From the NCBI GenBank assembly GCA_964234715.1, contig OZ174281.1: DNA of 64,000 nucleotides, one strand, 5' to 3'. Below the pieces are notes generated by a model, which did no database searches, was not told the DNA's origin, and saw only the letters and a list, made by a program, of their open reading frames with translations. Shown here piece after piece: positions 24,340 to 38,578 of the stretch (positions are counted from its first letter, which is position 1; every line of letters begins with the position of its first letter). Made by a program: the position numbers and the translations under genes. The stretch is from Podarcis melisellensis. Taxonomy: Eukaryota.

Positions 24340-27300
24340 GCTTAAAAAAAATAGCCCATTAAAATTGCTTTATTGCTGTTCTTCAGATACATCTGACAGA
24401 TTTTCTTCCTTTCATGCAGCCCAAGCAAGTACTAAAATATTCATTTCAAATATTGTACAGACTTATAACAAATTATTAACACAGACAAAAGCTATGACAG
24501 AAAGGTGTTTTTATTTTCCTCATATTTCATATTTAAATAAAGGATTTCAACCAAAATAATAATAGAGTAACATTGTCACCAGGGATGCATAAAAGTTCTG
24601 TCTGCACACCAAGGCATTGCAAAGGCTTTGTCGCCACCTTCTCCAGAGCGGAGCTAGCTTGGAATTTCCCACAAAATATTTTCATGTACAAAACACACAA
24701 TCATTTTACTGGATGCAGGTTTTCTACAATACACTTGGGGTACTTCCTAGATTTATTAGTAATTAGAAAAATAAATGCTTTAAAGTTCTTATGGTGCCAA
24801 GTTTGCTGTTCTAGATAGCCTTTCTCCTCTTTAAAACTCATTTAAACATTGGTAGGATTTCTGATAACACAGAAGTTGGCTCATTTAGCTTATTTTAAAT
24901 TTCCTCTTCACTCTTCATGAGAAGGTTGAAGTTAATATATTTTACACATATTTACAAGTTGATATGACTATGTTGAAACAGAGTAGGGCACCAAAAAGCT
25001 TCACGTTACAGGCAGCTTCCTGTGATATGGAGAAACAGAGTGAATATCCTTATTACTTGGACCACAGTTGGAATATTAATGGCAAGGTGACAAGAATGTT
25101 ATGTCACATAACACAACACTCAAGGAACCAAATTTCTCCTCAGGCTTCAAACAACAACTTTGTGGAACTTCCTCCCCCAAATTAAAGGCCGGCATATTTC
25201 CTTCATCCTGAGAGAAGGAGTCAAAGAGGAAATGAGAAAGGCAAAGGGCACTTGGAAAGTGGTGACTGAAAAATATCGAGCTTGCTAGTGGCAGTTTCTA
25301 TTAAGATCGAATGCTGCATGTGGCTGTAAGTGCATTGTCAAAGGGAAAGAAAGAAGGAATTGTGTTGTCTGTGTGCAGGGATAAAATTATTGAGACAAGT
25401 AAGCGGCCTCCGCTTATATCACTGGCATTCAAAGTGACTCACACTGTCAGCACTTCAACCTCAAACCCCTCACCTTAGAATTTGAGGGGCCCTCTACCAG
25501 AAAGATCCCCACTTCACTCCCTGTAATTTGACTGGACCCGTAGGAGCACCAAAGTTCATTTGTGCAATACTAATAAAGAGCCTAGAAAATCTAAAGAATA
25601 TTTAATAGAACAAGGCGACGACATGAGTCCCAGCCACATTTCACAAGGAGAATTCAGGCATTTGTCTGAACACGTGAACTCTGTATCTGTAGGCAGGAGA
25701 TAGCACATGCAAGCCCTGCCCCACACATTTGTTCCAAAACTTCTCCACGTTGAGCAGGATAGGTCTATAAGGGCATAGTACTTGCATTCCCTTAAATGTG
25801 AGTAGAACATCATGCATGATTGGGTACTCTGCTCAACCTGGGGAAGGCTGGAGACTGAGTGTGTGAGCTGATATAGATGGGGTTGTTGGGAGTAGGCTTT
25901 CCATCCATAGATGCATTTGTGTGTCCAGGCACATATCAGAATACACCTTATTTCTCTAGAAAAGTGGCTAGACAACCGGTTCTTAATAAAGACCCCAGAT
26001 TGAGGAAATAGAGCAGGTTAGCTGCATGGAAGGAGAAGAGATGACATAGAAAACCTGGAAGGGTGAGAATCTCCTAGCTGATGCCTCACCTTACTGGGAG
26101 CCATTGCTGATGCCTTTGTGAGGTGACCCCTTTGCTTCCATAAAATTTGTGGCATTTATTAATAAACTGTAGCAAAATATAAAAGGAACAGGTGCTCTCA
26201 GTCAATTTTTTCCAAGCTGATTAATGGAAAAAAGACTATAGTCTAACAATACTTCTCGGTCTGATGTCATCACAATGCAATTTTATCATGTCAATTAACA
26301 AAGTGAAATTTAACTTCTGCTGTTATTGACCATGGGTTATGTCCATTGGTGGAACTCTTGTGGCTTTCCCTGTAGGAGTGTTTTATTTTGCCAGTGAGAA
26401 TTCCTCAATTGTGCCAACAGTGCCAGTTTTGTCTGTAGTGTAGACACGACCTACATTTGTTTATCCAATGAAAATAGAGTAGTCCCACTGTCTTGGCTGA
26501 GTTGCTTAAGAATAATTGGACCAGAGACCCCATTGCATCCTAAGACCCCAAACATTAGTGCTTGTGCAGTTAGTTAAATTTCAGATATTAGAGCAGCAAT
26601 ATCAGGCGTTAAGTCTTTACATAGTAGCTCTATTTATTGGCCTCTAATGTTTTGGTTTTCTTGGAAGATAAGATTCATTTCTCAGCGTATTTTCATTTAA
26701 AAAATGTCTGGATAGAGGTTGCATTAAAGCAGATTCTGCTTATTTTGGAAGTGAACTGAGATGTATCTCATCAACCTAAAATGTGAAAATGAAAATTCAA
26801 ATATTTGAATCCTTCCTATCATATACTGAATGCTGATATTAAAAACGTGAAAGGATTATTGTTCCTGTCCACTGGATGATTTGCAAATATTTATAACTGT
26901 GCTGTTATAAATATAAAAACAACCTAGCTGCACACTCTACACTAAGCCCCAGTTTGTTTACATTTAAAAATCAGAATATAAAAGAGTGCAAAAATGTAAT
27001 GTTTGGTAATATTCCTGGAACTTCAAAACAGCTAGACAGTGTTTCTCCAAACCTTAAAAAAAACCTACCTCTCAATCTGAGACACTCCTGCCTCAAATTT
27101 TTGCAGGGTATAAAATTTCTTTACAGCCAAGATACAAACCCCTATAAAAATGGGGCTTATAATGGATATGCTTCCAGACCCTTAATTATAGCAGTACTTA
27201 GGTGTTCTACTATAATACAAATATACATATGATCTATTTTCTCAGGATTGTCACCCAGAGAATGTTCTTAATTTTACAAAAAACTCATTAATATTAAAAA

Positions 27301-28074
27301 GTTGCACTTATCTTGCATCCCCTCCATAGAGAGTATTTTGCTTATGTCTAAAAGCTACAACTAACAACTACTGCAACTAACATTCAGAATACATTCAAGA
27401 TAGGGAAGAAACTGCTATTACTTTAGACATAACACACTTATCATTATACTGGAACAAGTAGCAGCTGCAGGAAATAGTTACCCAATCCAGGCTTCTTAGC
27501 TTATTCAATATTTTATTCTAGAACCCAGACAGTATAAACTATCTAGTTTGGATTGATCGACCATGCTGAGCACATCCTTTAAAGCTTTGTGCTATACCAT
27601 AAGGCATTAAGAGCCATGGCCCCCGTCAGGTTTCTGTACAAGCATGGGCTTGTACAAAGACTGAAATGTAAATGTTAGTTGGTAGTAAATGCCAGCATAG
27701 TTCGATAATTACAACTGTGCTAACACCATTGTGTAGTTCCGTAACTATATTTTGACTCTTTTCTTGAAAATTATCGAAGGAATGAAGACTAGAAAAAATA
27801 ATGCAAGTAAAGGCGCTCTTTGTACACTGTGCCACATACAAAAAGGCAACAATTTCAAACGGACATTTTCTTCCTGTGCAAACAGTTTTATCTACTGACC
27901 TGCTGCATAGCCCATTTTCTTACTTTCTCTCTGTGTATAAATTATGGAGAGGCAAAACCAGTGATCTAATGCAAATGTAAGCTGTCAGGTGGAACAAAGG
28001 AAAAAAAGACATTCTGGTTTCACTGAGTTCTCTCAAGACTTCATGAATACAAAGCAAAGAGAAAGGCACACAGC
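24340..28074 (-). other. SPIRE1: Probable long SPIRE1 3' UTR; candidate AATAAA at 24369-24374 (minus strand)
   Basis: AT-rich, repeat-poor sequence downstream of the stop codon. The end point is a guess among several AATAAA hexamers. Confidence 0.35.
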
Positions 28075-28333
28075 TCAGATCTCATTGATAGTCCTCTCAG
28101 AAGGGCAATACTCCGAGGTGCCTGGGGAGGACATGTAGAATGACTGGGTTTTCCTTTTTAATCTGGCTCGCTTGTTAGCCAGGGAGAGGCTGCGGCGGCT
28201 TGAATTGATGATTTCCGAAATGAACTTTTTGCAGTCCACACATACTTCCATGGTGCTCCAGTCCTCCATTAGCTCTTTTGGAAATAGTGCTTCTTCATCT
28301 GATTTATCTACAGACTTGGACTTTGAGGATAAC
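28075..28333 (-). CDS. SPIRE1: SPIRE1 last coding exon ([42 protein letters not shown]...PSERTINEI*)
   Basis: tttcag acceptor; TGA stop at 28075-28077; conserved SPIRE1 C-terminus. Confidence 0.97.
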
Positions 28334-28504
28334 CTGAAAACAAAGCAACAATTCTATTCTTATTAGGGTTATTTAGTTTTCCAATTGTACTAGAGAGGTG
28401 AACTCTGTGCACTCTAAAATAACAAATCTGTCTCTCACATGTCTTTTTGCTTCCTAACATACTGTGTCAGGGGAGAGAGGTGTTTCTTGTGGCCAGATAT
28501 GATT

Positions 28505-28968
28505 ATTATGACTGGGAGTGGCAGCCAGGACCACATAACACCGGTTCTGAGAGATCTGCATTGGCTCCCAGTACATTTCCGAGCACAATTCAAAGTGTTG
28601 GTGCTGACCTTTAAAACCCTAAATGGCCTCGGTCCTGTATACCTGAAGGAGCGTCTCCACCCCCATCGTTCAGCCCAGACACTGAGATCCAGTGCCGAGG
28701 GCCTTCTGGTGGTTCCCTCATTGCGAGAAGCAAGGTTACAGGGAACCAGACAGAGGGCCTTCTCGGTAGTGGCACCCACTCTGTGGAACACCCTCCCTTC
28801 AGATGTGAAGGAAATAAGTAGCTATCATATCTTTACAAGACATCTGAAGGCAGCCTTGTTCAGGGAAGTTTTTAATATTTAACGCTGTATTGTTTTTAAT
28901 ACTTGAATGGGAGCCACCCAGAGGGGCTCGGGAAACTCAGCCAGATGGGCGGGGTATAAATAATAAAT

Positions 28969-29000
<32 letters not shown>
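28505..29000 (+). mobile_element. L2-clade LINE 3' fragment (ORF2 C-terminus, 3' UTR, (TTG)n tail) in SPIRE1 last intron
   Basis: HITPVLRDLHWLPVHFRAQFKVLVLTFK is the characteristic L2 ORF2 C-terminal motif; ORF stops at 28882; AATAAA and (TTG)n follow. Confidence 0.88.
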
Positions 29001-29518
29001 AACCACATCAACTGTTAATGAACAGCCAGGTTAATGCATTATGTCAGATTTAAAGAGAAAAGCCAAAGATAAGATAAATTTGCCACAAATTGGCAGCCAT
29101 TTATGGACTCAAACAAAGCTCTATGGTTGAGCAAAATATATTGTTGTTTTATACTGATTTGAAGTCAGGTTTGGCAAGGATGGTTAAATTACTATTTAAT
29201 CCATTTTATATAGATTCTTGCCTATTTTCCCACTTTTAACTTTGGTTATTTTCTTTTGAAATAGAATACAATTTTGTGTTTAATTTTGCAAATGTCACCT
29301 AATTCTGCAGTGTTTTATTTAAATTTTCACAGCTCCCCCCATTTAACTGTATTTTTTTTAAACAAAGAGAGAATAATAGTAAGCATCTGCAAGAGCATCT
29401 TAGAAATAAATATATGTAACAATTCACTGCCCACAAATAAAATGAACTATGGAATATAGTTCATGAAAGTAGCTGGTAGTAGATAAGCAGTCTAATCTTA
29501 ATCAGAAGTATCACTTAC

Positions 29519-29655
29519 CTTGGCATGCCCCTAAGGGACCGGTGATGGCTAGTGGAAGGTTTATCTGGCCTCATAAAACTCTCTCCTTTCTGTAAAGCCG
29601 AAGGTCCCAGAGAAAAGATGGGAAGTGTAGAATATGGCTTTGATGGCAGGCGCAT
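29519..29655 (-). CDS. SPIRE1: SPIRE1 exon 17 ([45 protein letters not shown])
   Basis: taacag / gtaagt; 137 nt. Confidence 0.95.
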
Positions 29656-30076
29656 CTGTTACAAAGGAAAGAGAATAACAATTATAGATTGAGCTATCTA
29701 GAGACAGTGCCATTATGTGGGCTTGTACAACTTTCGCAAGCATATTCCCAGTGGCAATGACTTAGAATTTGTGAACTATAGAGATACAAAGCAATACATT
29801 CCCTGCAGACTTCTACAGGAGTCCCATTTTAAAAAATGTTGCAAATACGTATATTGCAAATGTTGTAAGAAAAGAAATATGAGTGCATGAACACTACTGT
29901 GTATATATGGCAAGTATATACAAAGCAGGGGATGAGGTAAACTGATTTTTTGGGGGGTTCTGCTGAAATTTTTTCCTGTTGTACTTTGTAGTTTTGGATG
30001 AAGATAGTAAAGCAGCTGTTCCTGATGAATCACACCACAGATATTAAGAAGATAAAGGAGAGGTTTCTGAACTTAC

Positions 30077-30104
30077 CTTCTTGCAACACTGTGAGCATAC
30101 AGGC
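30077..30104 (-). CDS. SPIRE1: SPIRE1 exon 16 (PVCSQCCKK), 28 nt
   Basis: ttatag / gtaagt; completes Cys pairs of the modified FYVE domain. Confidence 0.94.
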
Positions 30105-31123
30105 CTATAAAAGAAAAAGAAAATATGTGACTTACTCAGTTAAATGTGGTAATACTTTTGCAGGACAGCACTGGACACATCTCTTCAAAAGTTGTATTGT
30201 TCTTTCCTAGTAAAAATGTTTTACGAGCTATGAACTATTTTTGAATTTCACTGGCTTTAGCTTAAATACCAGAACTCAGGAGGAGGCAAAAAATAAAAAC
30301 AAAGGATTGTCATCCAAAGAATCTTGAGCGCATGGCCTGGGTCTTGCCCATCTTCATGTTTCAACTGCAGTCCTGAGCTACAAAAGTGTTGCCTAATGTT
30401 AGGGCATACTGTAGCTTAGATGAGAGGTTTAGGGACCTCACAAGCCGCAATTGGCATGTTTCCATAGGCAGTCCTATAGATCTTAACCATTATCAGGAAA
30501 TTAGGAATGGAATGTGTGAAAAACCCAAGAGCCCCATTCAGACGTGACATCAGCACTCTTCTTTTAATTTAATCACATCCTATAAGATTAGATGGCAATT
30601 TTTAAATGATTCTTACGGGAAACTCGCAGGAACATTAAACTTGAGTGGCAATGTTTTCTTATAATTTCATGCAAGCAGTTTGTATTAGTGAGCATGTATG
30701 TGCAGACCAAGGGGACTAAATATCATTCATCCATTTCCTGCTCTTAAGATATTGATTCTGAGAAACTTGCACAACCATGGCATTTGAGATACGTTGTTGC
30801 AGCATCTACTCCCTTCTTTGGCAACTTGTTCTTTTTATGTCATTCTACCAACTTTAAATATTAACACTAAATCTGAAAGTGCTTTTATTCTGTCTTATGT
30901 CCTATCCCGTAATGAACATTTGATAATCATCCCTAATCATTATCTAGGAAAACACAAAAACTTCCTGTTCAAATTCTCCTTTACTCCTAAATACAGTACA
31001 AATATCACCTTTTCTCCTTCAATTACATACTAAATGTAACACAAAAAGTTAAAAATAAAACAAACAAAATTCTGCTCCAGTGCCTTCACTAGTTATTGGT
31101 TACTATGAAAACCAAAGGCTTAC

Positions 31124-31194
31124 CTTTTACAAAACTGACAGGTATAGGACCAGGTGAAGAAAGAAAACCTCCTTGTTCGGCAACAAAAACAGAG
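31124..31194 (-). CDS. SPIRE1: SPIRE1 exon 15 (FYVE-type: LCFCCRTRRFSFFTWSYTCQFCK)
   Basis: atatag / gtaagc; 71 nt. Confidence 0.96.
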
Positions 31195-32191
31195 CTATAT
31201 AAATTGAGAAGAGCCCATAGCATTAGTAGGTCTTTCTAGAAAATCAATTTACTAACATCTAATAAATATCAGTAAAGATCAAGGGTAGAAATTGATGTCG
31301 CACTATTACGAATGTTCTGTCTGCACAAGTATATCAGCTTGGCAAATGGAACAATCCCTGACCCCGCAGAGTCTATTTCAGGGAGGATGCAGTGGGGGAA
31401 ACCCAACTGCACAAGCAGAAGCCCTTGCACAGGACTTATGGAGTTTATGAAGAGCAGCACAACTCCCTCCACTTTTTATCTCCCTTGCAACCAGCTGTTC
31501 AACCTCAAAATGTGCTTTAGAGAGTTGGGAAAGATTCTGGAACAGATCTGGGTGTCAGGCAAGGAGAAGAAGAAGTTTGCAGCCCAATACAGCCAAAGTG
31601 TAAAGTTAAGTTAACCAGCCACCTTATAGATTAAATCAGTGCAATTAAATTTGTGAAATGTTTTCATAGTCCTTTACTTAATCTAGAAGAAAGCACTCAA
31701 TCAGTACTCTGACAACACAATCCTAAAAGCATTCTTACTCAGAAAGAAGTTCCAAAGAGTTCAGTAAGAACTGATTCATGCATTTCCACCATTCTCAAAT
31801 GACTAGAATTACATGCAACTCAACAACTCAAAGAAATGTATGGTTTTATGGTGCTATTCTTGACTTTATCCAATATAGCACTAAGTAAGTGTACTGTCAG
31901 CTCAAAAACATACACTTATGTAATGGGACTTTCCTTCCTTCCCAAATCTGCTTTGGAGGGTTGGGGGGAAACTCATAACATATTTAGGGGCTGTGCAAGG
32001 GAAAAAGAAGGTGAGAAAATCCTATTGCAAAAGAATAAATCCTTGAGCTGAGGGTGGGGGAAGATTACTTAACATGACATTGGATGCAGGCCTTAATTTG
32101 TTAATTTCAGGAGCTCTAATAACATTTAGCTGAATTTCTTCTTCATCATTCACTCCCAGTTCTCTGGGAAAATCAGCATAAGCATCCTTAC

Positions 32192-32329
32192 CTTTCCTTT
32201 CTTGAGGGCAGTATAGACATCTTTATACTGCTGGTACTTCTCTAGCTCGGCCTTCACTAGCACTTGACGGATGTGCATTACTTCTTCCACTGTAAGAGCC
32301 AGGCATTCCACTGGGTAACAAAACTCCTC
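32192..32329 (-). CDS. SPIRE1: SPIRE1 exon 14 (Spir-box: [46 protein letters not shown])
   Basis: tttcag / gtaagg; 138 nt. Confidence 0.97.
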
Positions 32330-35300
32330 CTGAAAGCCAAAAGGTTCTATTTTAAATATGTATCTCACAGAATTTCATAGCCAGCAGCCTAGAGAGCCAG
32401 TCACCTGGTTAGTAATTTGAGGAGAGAAAAGATTTAATCACCCAAACCAGAAGTGTATATCTGGTCCAGAGGCATCACATGTTTCCAGAAGGCTAAGAGT
32501 TTAGAATTTGCAACCAAAGGGGTCTAATGCTCACTAAAAACATATTGTCATTTATTAAGCCAATCACTGTATCATGAACCTCACATTATAGATGTGTGTT
32601 CTGATGCAGAAAAATGCAAAATAATGTTGCCTGCCACTGAAAACACAGGTGCATATTTTCACTGAAATGTCTGACACTCTGTGATGCCTAGAGCAGACCG
32701 AGAAATGGTTAGTAGCCCAATCCCAAAGAAAACTTTATTCTGTGGTATCATATGTAGGTAACATAGTATTCTAAATATCCAGTACAGTTAACATTACACG
32801 CAGGTTATATTGTTCCCGTATAATGTTACACAATCAGTTTAAACTTCATACAGTTACATACAGTGATATTTGTGACGCAAATATAGTATTGCTTTCTGAC
32901 ACTAAAACTCCCTAGCAAATTGATGCTAAGCTGAATACACATTCAGCACTGATGGTACCACAGGATAAAACACCAATTCCCAATTATTTGTAATTGATTA
33001 AATAAATCTAGCTAAAAGACAGAAATTATTTGCACATCCCACTATGTTGTGCTTTCTAACAGGGCACAGTAAGTCTTGCAACATGGCATGTTGACCCTAC
33101 TGGTTTGTACAAGGGCCACCAGTCGTCTATGGTGTGGAGCTAGGACTTTAGCCTAGTTCCAAGTCCAACATTATCAGCTGTCAGAAACAATGGCAGGAAA
33201 TTTCCATAAGCATAGAAGCATAATACTGCACATTTGGAAATCCAATTTGCAAACCAAATATGCAATTAAGATCAGCTGCAAGTTATTTAATTTTACAGTC
33301 TAAAGATTTTCTGTCTTTTAGGAAGAAAAAAATCAATTATGATGTGTACCAGATAAAAATGTGCATTTAGGAGCCACCATATATATATTTTAAAAACTGC
33401 AGTCTTACCAATCTAGAAATGGAATACACACAGAAACTTCGTCTTGCTTAAGGTGCCCACAAAGTTCTATAAACTGAGTGAAATTTGCCTTTGTAATCAT
33501 TACTTTCATGGTATTGTTGAAGATGCCATTTTTCTGAAGAGCCAAAATTTAATACAGCTTGCTTTGAAGGATACTTTGCTTCAAAGCAAGGCCAAATGTG
33601 TTTCATAACCAACACATTTCAGAAAACAATTATGCTTTCTAATGTGTTTCCAATGCCAGGTAAAGACCTTTTATTTCCCAAGCTTTTTAAATAAAAAAAC
33701 CCCTTTTATTGATCTGTTTTATTTTGGATACTGTTTTTAAAGAGTTTCTGTTTCTAGATTTAAATGCATTAGTCATTTATGGCTTTTAATATTTTATTAT
33801 AAGGTCTTGGGTTGGATCTTGAGTTGCTTTCAGCGAATAGAAAGACTCCTCCGATTCATAGAATGGATTGCAATCCAAAAAGAGCAAGCAAGAATAGGTG
33901 GCTTTTGCCTGTTTCCCCTTCCAATCCCTTACCACACTGCCTTTGAGGCCTTCAACCCCCCAGGAGGGATGTAGGGCTAAGGGAGAATAAACAAAAAATA
34001 CTTATTTCCATTTCTTCAAGTGAGTGGAGTTCTGTTCTTCAGAACTCTGGATCAAAGCCATTGTATCTGATTGGCAGGGAATCTATCAAAATAAATAGTG
34101 ATGGAGGATGACCCAAGGCCTCGCTTCATGTTCCAACACCAGGAGACACACATTTTGTTGCAATTGTGACAGGGCTTTTCAGTTGGGGTACCGGATTGTG
34201 CAGCTGCCTCCTCCCAAAAAGATTTGATTAGCCTATTCAGCGATGATTGTTAGGTGGGTGGTTAAGATTTACTTTATTTTGGAAGGCTTTTGATTAGTTT
34301 TTAATTCATTCCTGCCTGTGGATTTGTTCTGTTAACTTGTTTTAAGACTCTTGGCTTTCATAACATTGTCTAACTGGTATCAATGTTGTAAATTGCCTTG
34401 ACTGAACCTTTCAGGACTGAAATCTATAGTGTATCCAGTTGTGTCTCCCTGCTGACAGAAGTGACAGAAGGCACTTTGATCCAGCAAAGGCTTCATTAGC
34501 TGAACAGTAGGCAATCTGCAGCCCCCTCCAAATCTGATCAAGAGGGTTTGGAGACCTTTTGGCAGATGAGTGTATGGACCAGCAGGAGAAAGGGAGAATT
34601 TGCCAAAACCACCTCCCCACCTTTCATCAGCAGAGAGGCACAACTGTATACAATTCATAAAATATCAAGTAGAGGAAAGTGGTTCAGTTTTTAATGCAAA
34701 AGGGATGCATGTGTGGCGGTACTAAACCCCCTCCCACCTGTGGTTGACCTCCATGCAGTAGTTATGTCCCCTACCCCCAAGAACATTTCTTCTGAGCATA
34801 TCTATCTCCCTCCTTTTAACAGCAGACTAACACCATATCAATATACTGACTATACCCCAATGTTTCAAGAGCAGTCCATGATGCCGCATTGGGATGAGGA
34901 ACACAAAGCCAAAATCTAATTGGACGTGCAGAACTGAACCATTACTCTGAGCTGGATGGCTTTTGAAAGCCAATCCACCATATTCAATGAGAATTTCTAT
35001 GCTATATCATCATTATTATATTTATCTCTGCCATCCCCTCGCACACTTTATCATCACAAGGCAGCTTAGGCTGAGAGCATGTGTCCGCTCCAAGGATAGC
35101 CAGTGAGTGTCAGGGTTAAGTGGACTTTTGTCCAAGTCTCCTAGTTTACTACTATTAGCACAACACTATTTATTGTGCTAGAATTTCTTCCATTTAAGTA
35201 TACTTAGGATTACACCAAAGTGATACACATACCATTTCAGAGAATGAAAGAGAAAAATTCCAGTTTGGAAATGTGTGCACCATACAGACACACTCACTAG

Positions 35301-38300
35301 AAAGCCAGTATAGACCACAACCTCAACCTTTTCTGCTTTGTGGCATAGCCTTTTAAAAGATTTCAGTTCTAATAGTATTTGCTTAAATTCTTCTCTTAGC
35401 TATCTTTACTGACTGCAACCAATTAAAATAGCACTTAGGACCCATTACTACCAGCTACACTGGAGTTCTGTAATAGCTTTATTTGTACAACTAATAAGTG
35501 AAAATGTGAACTATGCTATGTCTCTTAAGGATTTTTTTCTTTAATATGCTCTATTGTTCTCCACTACAGAAGATAAAGAAAATATTTTTCCATTAAAAAA
35601 AAATCTATTTACAACTACATAAATGAGCAAAAAAATAATAATTTTGGTCTAAATGCTTTTTTTGTATTTTCAAGAAGTTAAAAAAAAGGACAACCAAACT
35701 GCAATGCAACATTAAAACAAATGACAGAGATACTGAGTTCTTATGGGAATATATTTTGAGATGCTGCAATGAGATTACGTATCAGCTAATATCCTTTTAA
35801 TGAAAGCAAGTCATTGAGCAGTCCAATTGAAGTTTATTGAAAGAGGCATTTGGCGTTTCCAGTTCCATACAAAATCCATTCCACTATCATGAGTACATGT
35901 AAATGAGTGTACAACATTGTCTAATATCTTTTTATTTCTAAGATTTTAAAAATGAAAATAATGAAAATCCACTATTTGCTGGATTTGAACACATGTTAAT
36001 ATTGAATAAACTTGATATAGCAGAAGCACAAGCAATCATGAGTTCAAAATGACAAGCATGTCTGACTGCATTCCCAGAACCTGGGAACCAGAAGGTCAGT
36101 TATGTAAATTCTGATGTTTATCTGAAAAGGACCACAAAGTCTTTAGTGCTTGAAGGAGGTTTTTCATCATGTGAGTCTCAGTATGTCTTGACTGTATCAC
36201 TCTGCGTGTCTCTAATAATATTGGCCAGGATCCAAACAACAAGGGAATTACTCCCATGATCTCAAAAACTCTACTGGACTTGTGTCCCCGCCCCAACAGT
36301 TGCCCCCCCCTTTTTGTATGGCAAACTGTTTTTGAAACTGAAAGGAGCTTCAAAATCATGATAGGACATGGGAGGTCAGATATGGGGGTGGGGCAGGGAA
36401 TGATGGACAAAAGATCTATTTAGATCCAAGCAATTTAATTTCCATCTTATGTTAATTGTACCCAACAGGCTGTAAAACGTGACTGTGATTCATCACCATG
36501 TATTTAAAATAGCTGCTAAAATATACTTGTAATGCCTTTTCCGCAATCCTCATTAAAATGCATGGGAGACGCACTGAGCATTGTTATGCCTTTTCATTTT
36601 TCCTAAGGAGAAATTTCTCTGGTTTGTGCCTAGCAACTTCCCCACAAATAATTAAATATCTATAATACTGTTGTTTTTATGAGAGTTTAACTTTCGTTTC
36701 TAAATATGTACTGAATCCATTTTTTATTGAACATGACAAACAGTTTGAGTATGGAATAGTTTAAGAATGCTTCCAACTGGGCTTAGCGTTGTAAATGAGT
36801 CATTCAGATTTCACATATGGCTTCACTGGCAATGGGTGTTTTTTAAAAATTAATTTATTGGATTTTCTGTGGAGAGGGTCTAATTACATGGCAAAAACAA
36901 AGGCTGGTGTTTTGATGCTAATGACACTGTGTGATCACTGCAGAAAAAACTTGCAGTCTCCTAATAAACACCCATCTGGAAGCACCTTTTATGATCAGGG
37001 ATTTTTTTAGGGGTGGGTAGCTCATAAATCAGCCTCATGGAGCTGTTGCTAGAAGTATCTCAGAATCCAAAGTGAGGGAAATCCATTCAGTTCCACTCTA
37101 TATTCTAATTTGGGGTGCGTTCATACTACCTCTTACTCTGCATCCAGTGCGCCCACACTGCTAATTTTTGAAATCACATTCACATGTTGTTAGCCACAAT
37201 CCTTACCAATCCTGTGGTTTCTTGATAAGTATTGCTGAGGTTTCATGAGGCTTTTCCCTCCTCAAACCAGATTCAATCTGATTAGAAAACTGGATGCTGA
37301 GTAGGCAGGAACATGAACACAGCCTAACAGTGGTTGTTCAGGTGCAGATGACAGCTTCATGAACAAGGGTTCCAGGGGGGTTGCAGGGGAAGGAGACCAA
37401 AAATGCCATGTGCATCAGTTGAAGACATCCCTGGCCCCTCACTAATGTGGAAAACTCTGTGCAAATAAGACTTGAAACACAGCAGAGAAAAATGAACTTG
37501 CTGTGTTTCAAGCCACTAATATGAGTGAACCCACAGGCTGCTGCTAGTCTCGCTTCCACTTGGCTGAGACAGAAGGCCAGGGTACTTGCTGATGCAATTC
37601 TGTTTATAGTTCTTCCTGCACTAGAAACAATTTAACTAGCTTTGGGGTTTTACTAGTAGGATGGAGCCTTGAAGCTAATAGCACTGCTTTCATGGTGGAA
37701 ATGGCTCATTCGACTGGACTGAAGGTGTCCCATATATATCTTGCGCTCTTATATTGCTACTTATCAAAAACTAATAAAGGAGTAACTTTAATCATGTAAA
37801 ATATAGATAGATTGGTAGAGAAAGAAAACCTATATTGTATATATTCTGCAATTCAATGTTTTTGTAACAAATATATTAAAATTTCCCTCAGATGTCCTTA
37901 CACAAATCCTCAGAATCCAATATGCTTCTTAAACCTACTTGATTTATAAACACTGGTTTGTGATTATATTTGCTTGCTGAGTTGGCACACACAAAGAGAG
38001 AAATAATGTATAAATATCAGAATTTGGGCAAAACTGGACATCTGTGTTTTAAGATAAGTGGTTTTAAAATAATTTTTTAATTCTTCTGAACTGGCTTTCC
38101 ACTGCTTTCTATTTTTATTTTTTAAAATTCTACTGATTTAAGATTATGACAATTCCTTCCCTAATAATCTTGTGATGTTGCATTTTTAGTTTGCTGTCCT
38201 TTCATAAGTGATTTCTGTTCCCCAGCAAATTGATTAGAGAATCTACACATGCACAGAAAAGACTACAGATGTTGAAATCAACTTGAATCAGAATCCAGTG

Positions 38301-38404
38301 ACAATCTAGGCTGTTAATTCTTGCCATAGCTTTGAAAGCTCTCCCCTTTTTGAGGGGAGAAAAAGATGGCTAAGAAAGTATATAGGCAGCAGTGCAAGGC
38401 AAAC

Positions 38405-38578
38405 CTTTGAGAGTGTCCACTTGTTGTTAAAAGCTCTCTCACAAAAATAATATATAGTCCTTGCCACCCCAAATAAGGCTGCTTCAAAGGGATGGGAGCT
38501 AAGCTGAGAGGCTGTATGTATGGCTGGGAAAAGTGTTTTGAGCGTCATCCTTGGAAATAAACCTGTTATCCTGGGAAC
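38405..38578 (-). CDS. SPIRE1: SPIRE1 cassette exon 13 / exon C (mitochondria-targeting, 58 aa) VPRITGLFPRMTLKTLFPAIHTASQLSSHPFEAALFGVARTIYYFCERAFNNKWTLSK
   Basis: ttgttcag acceptor, gtttgc donor; exactly 174 nt, phase 0-0, between the SSRSL and EEFCY exons; strong similarity to recalled mammalian Spire1C exon C. Confidence 0.88.

Noticed and set aside
28439-28882. 147-aa ORF as a host gene
   Set aside because: It is the C-terminus of an L2 LINE ORF2 fragment.
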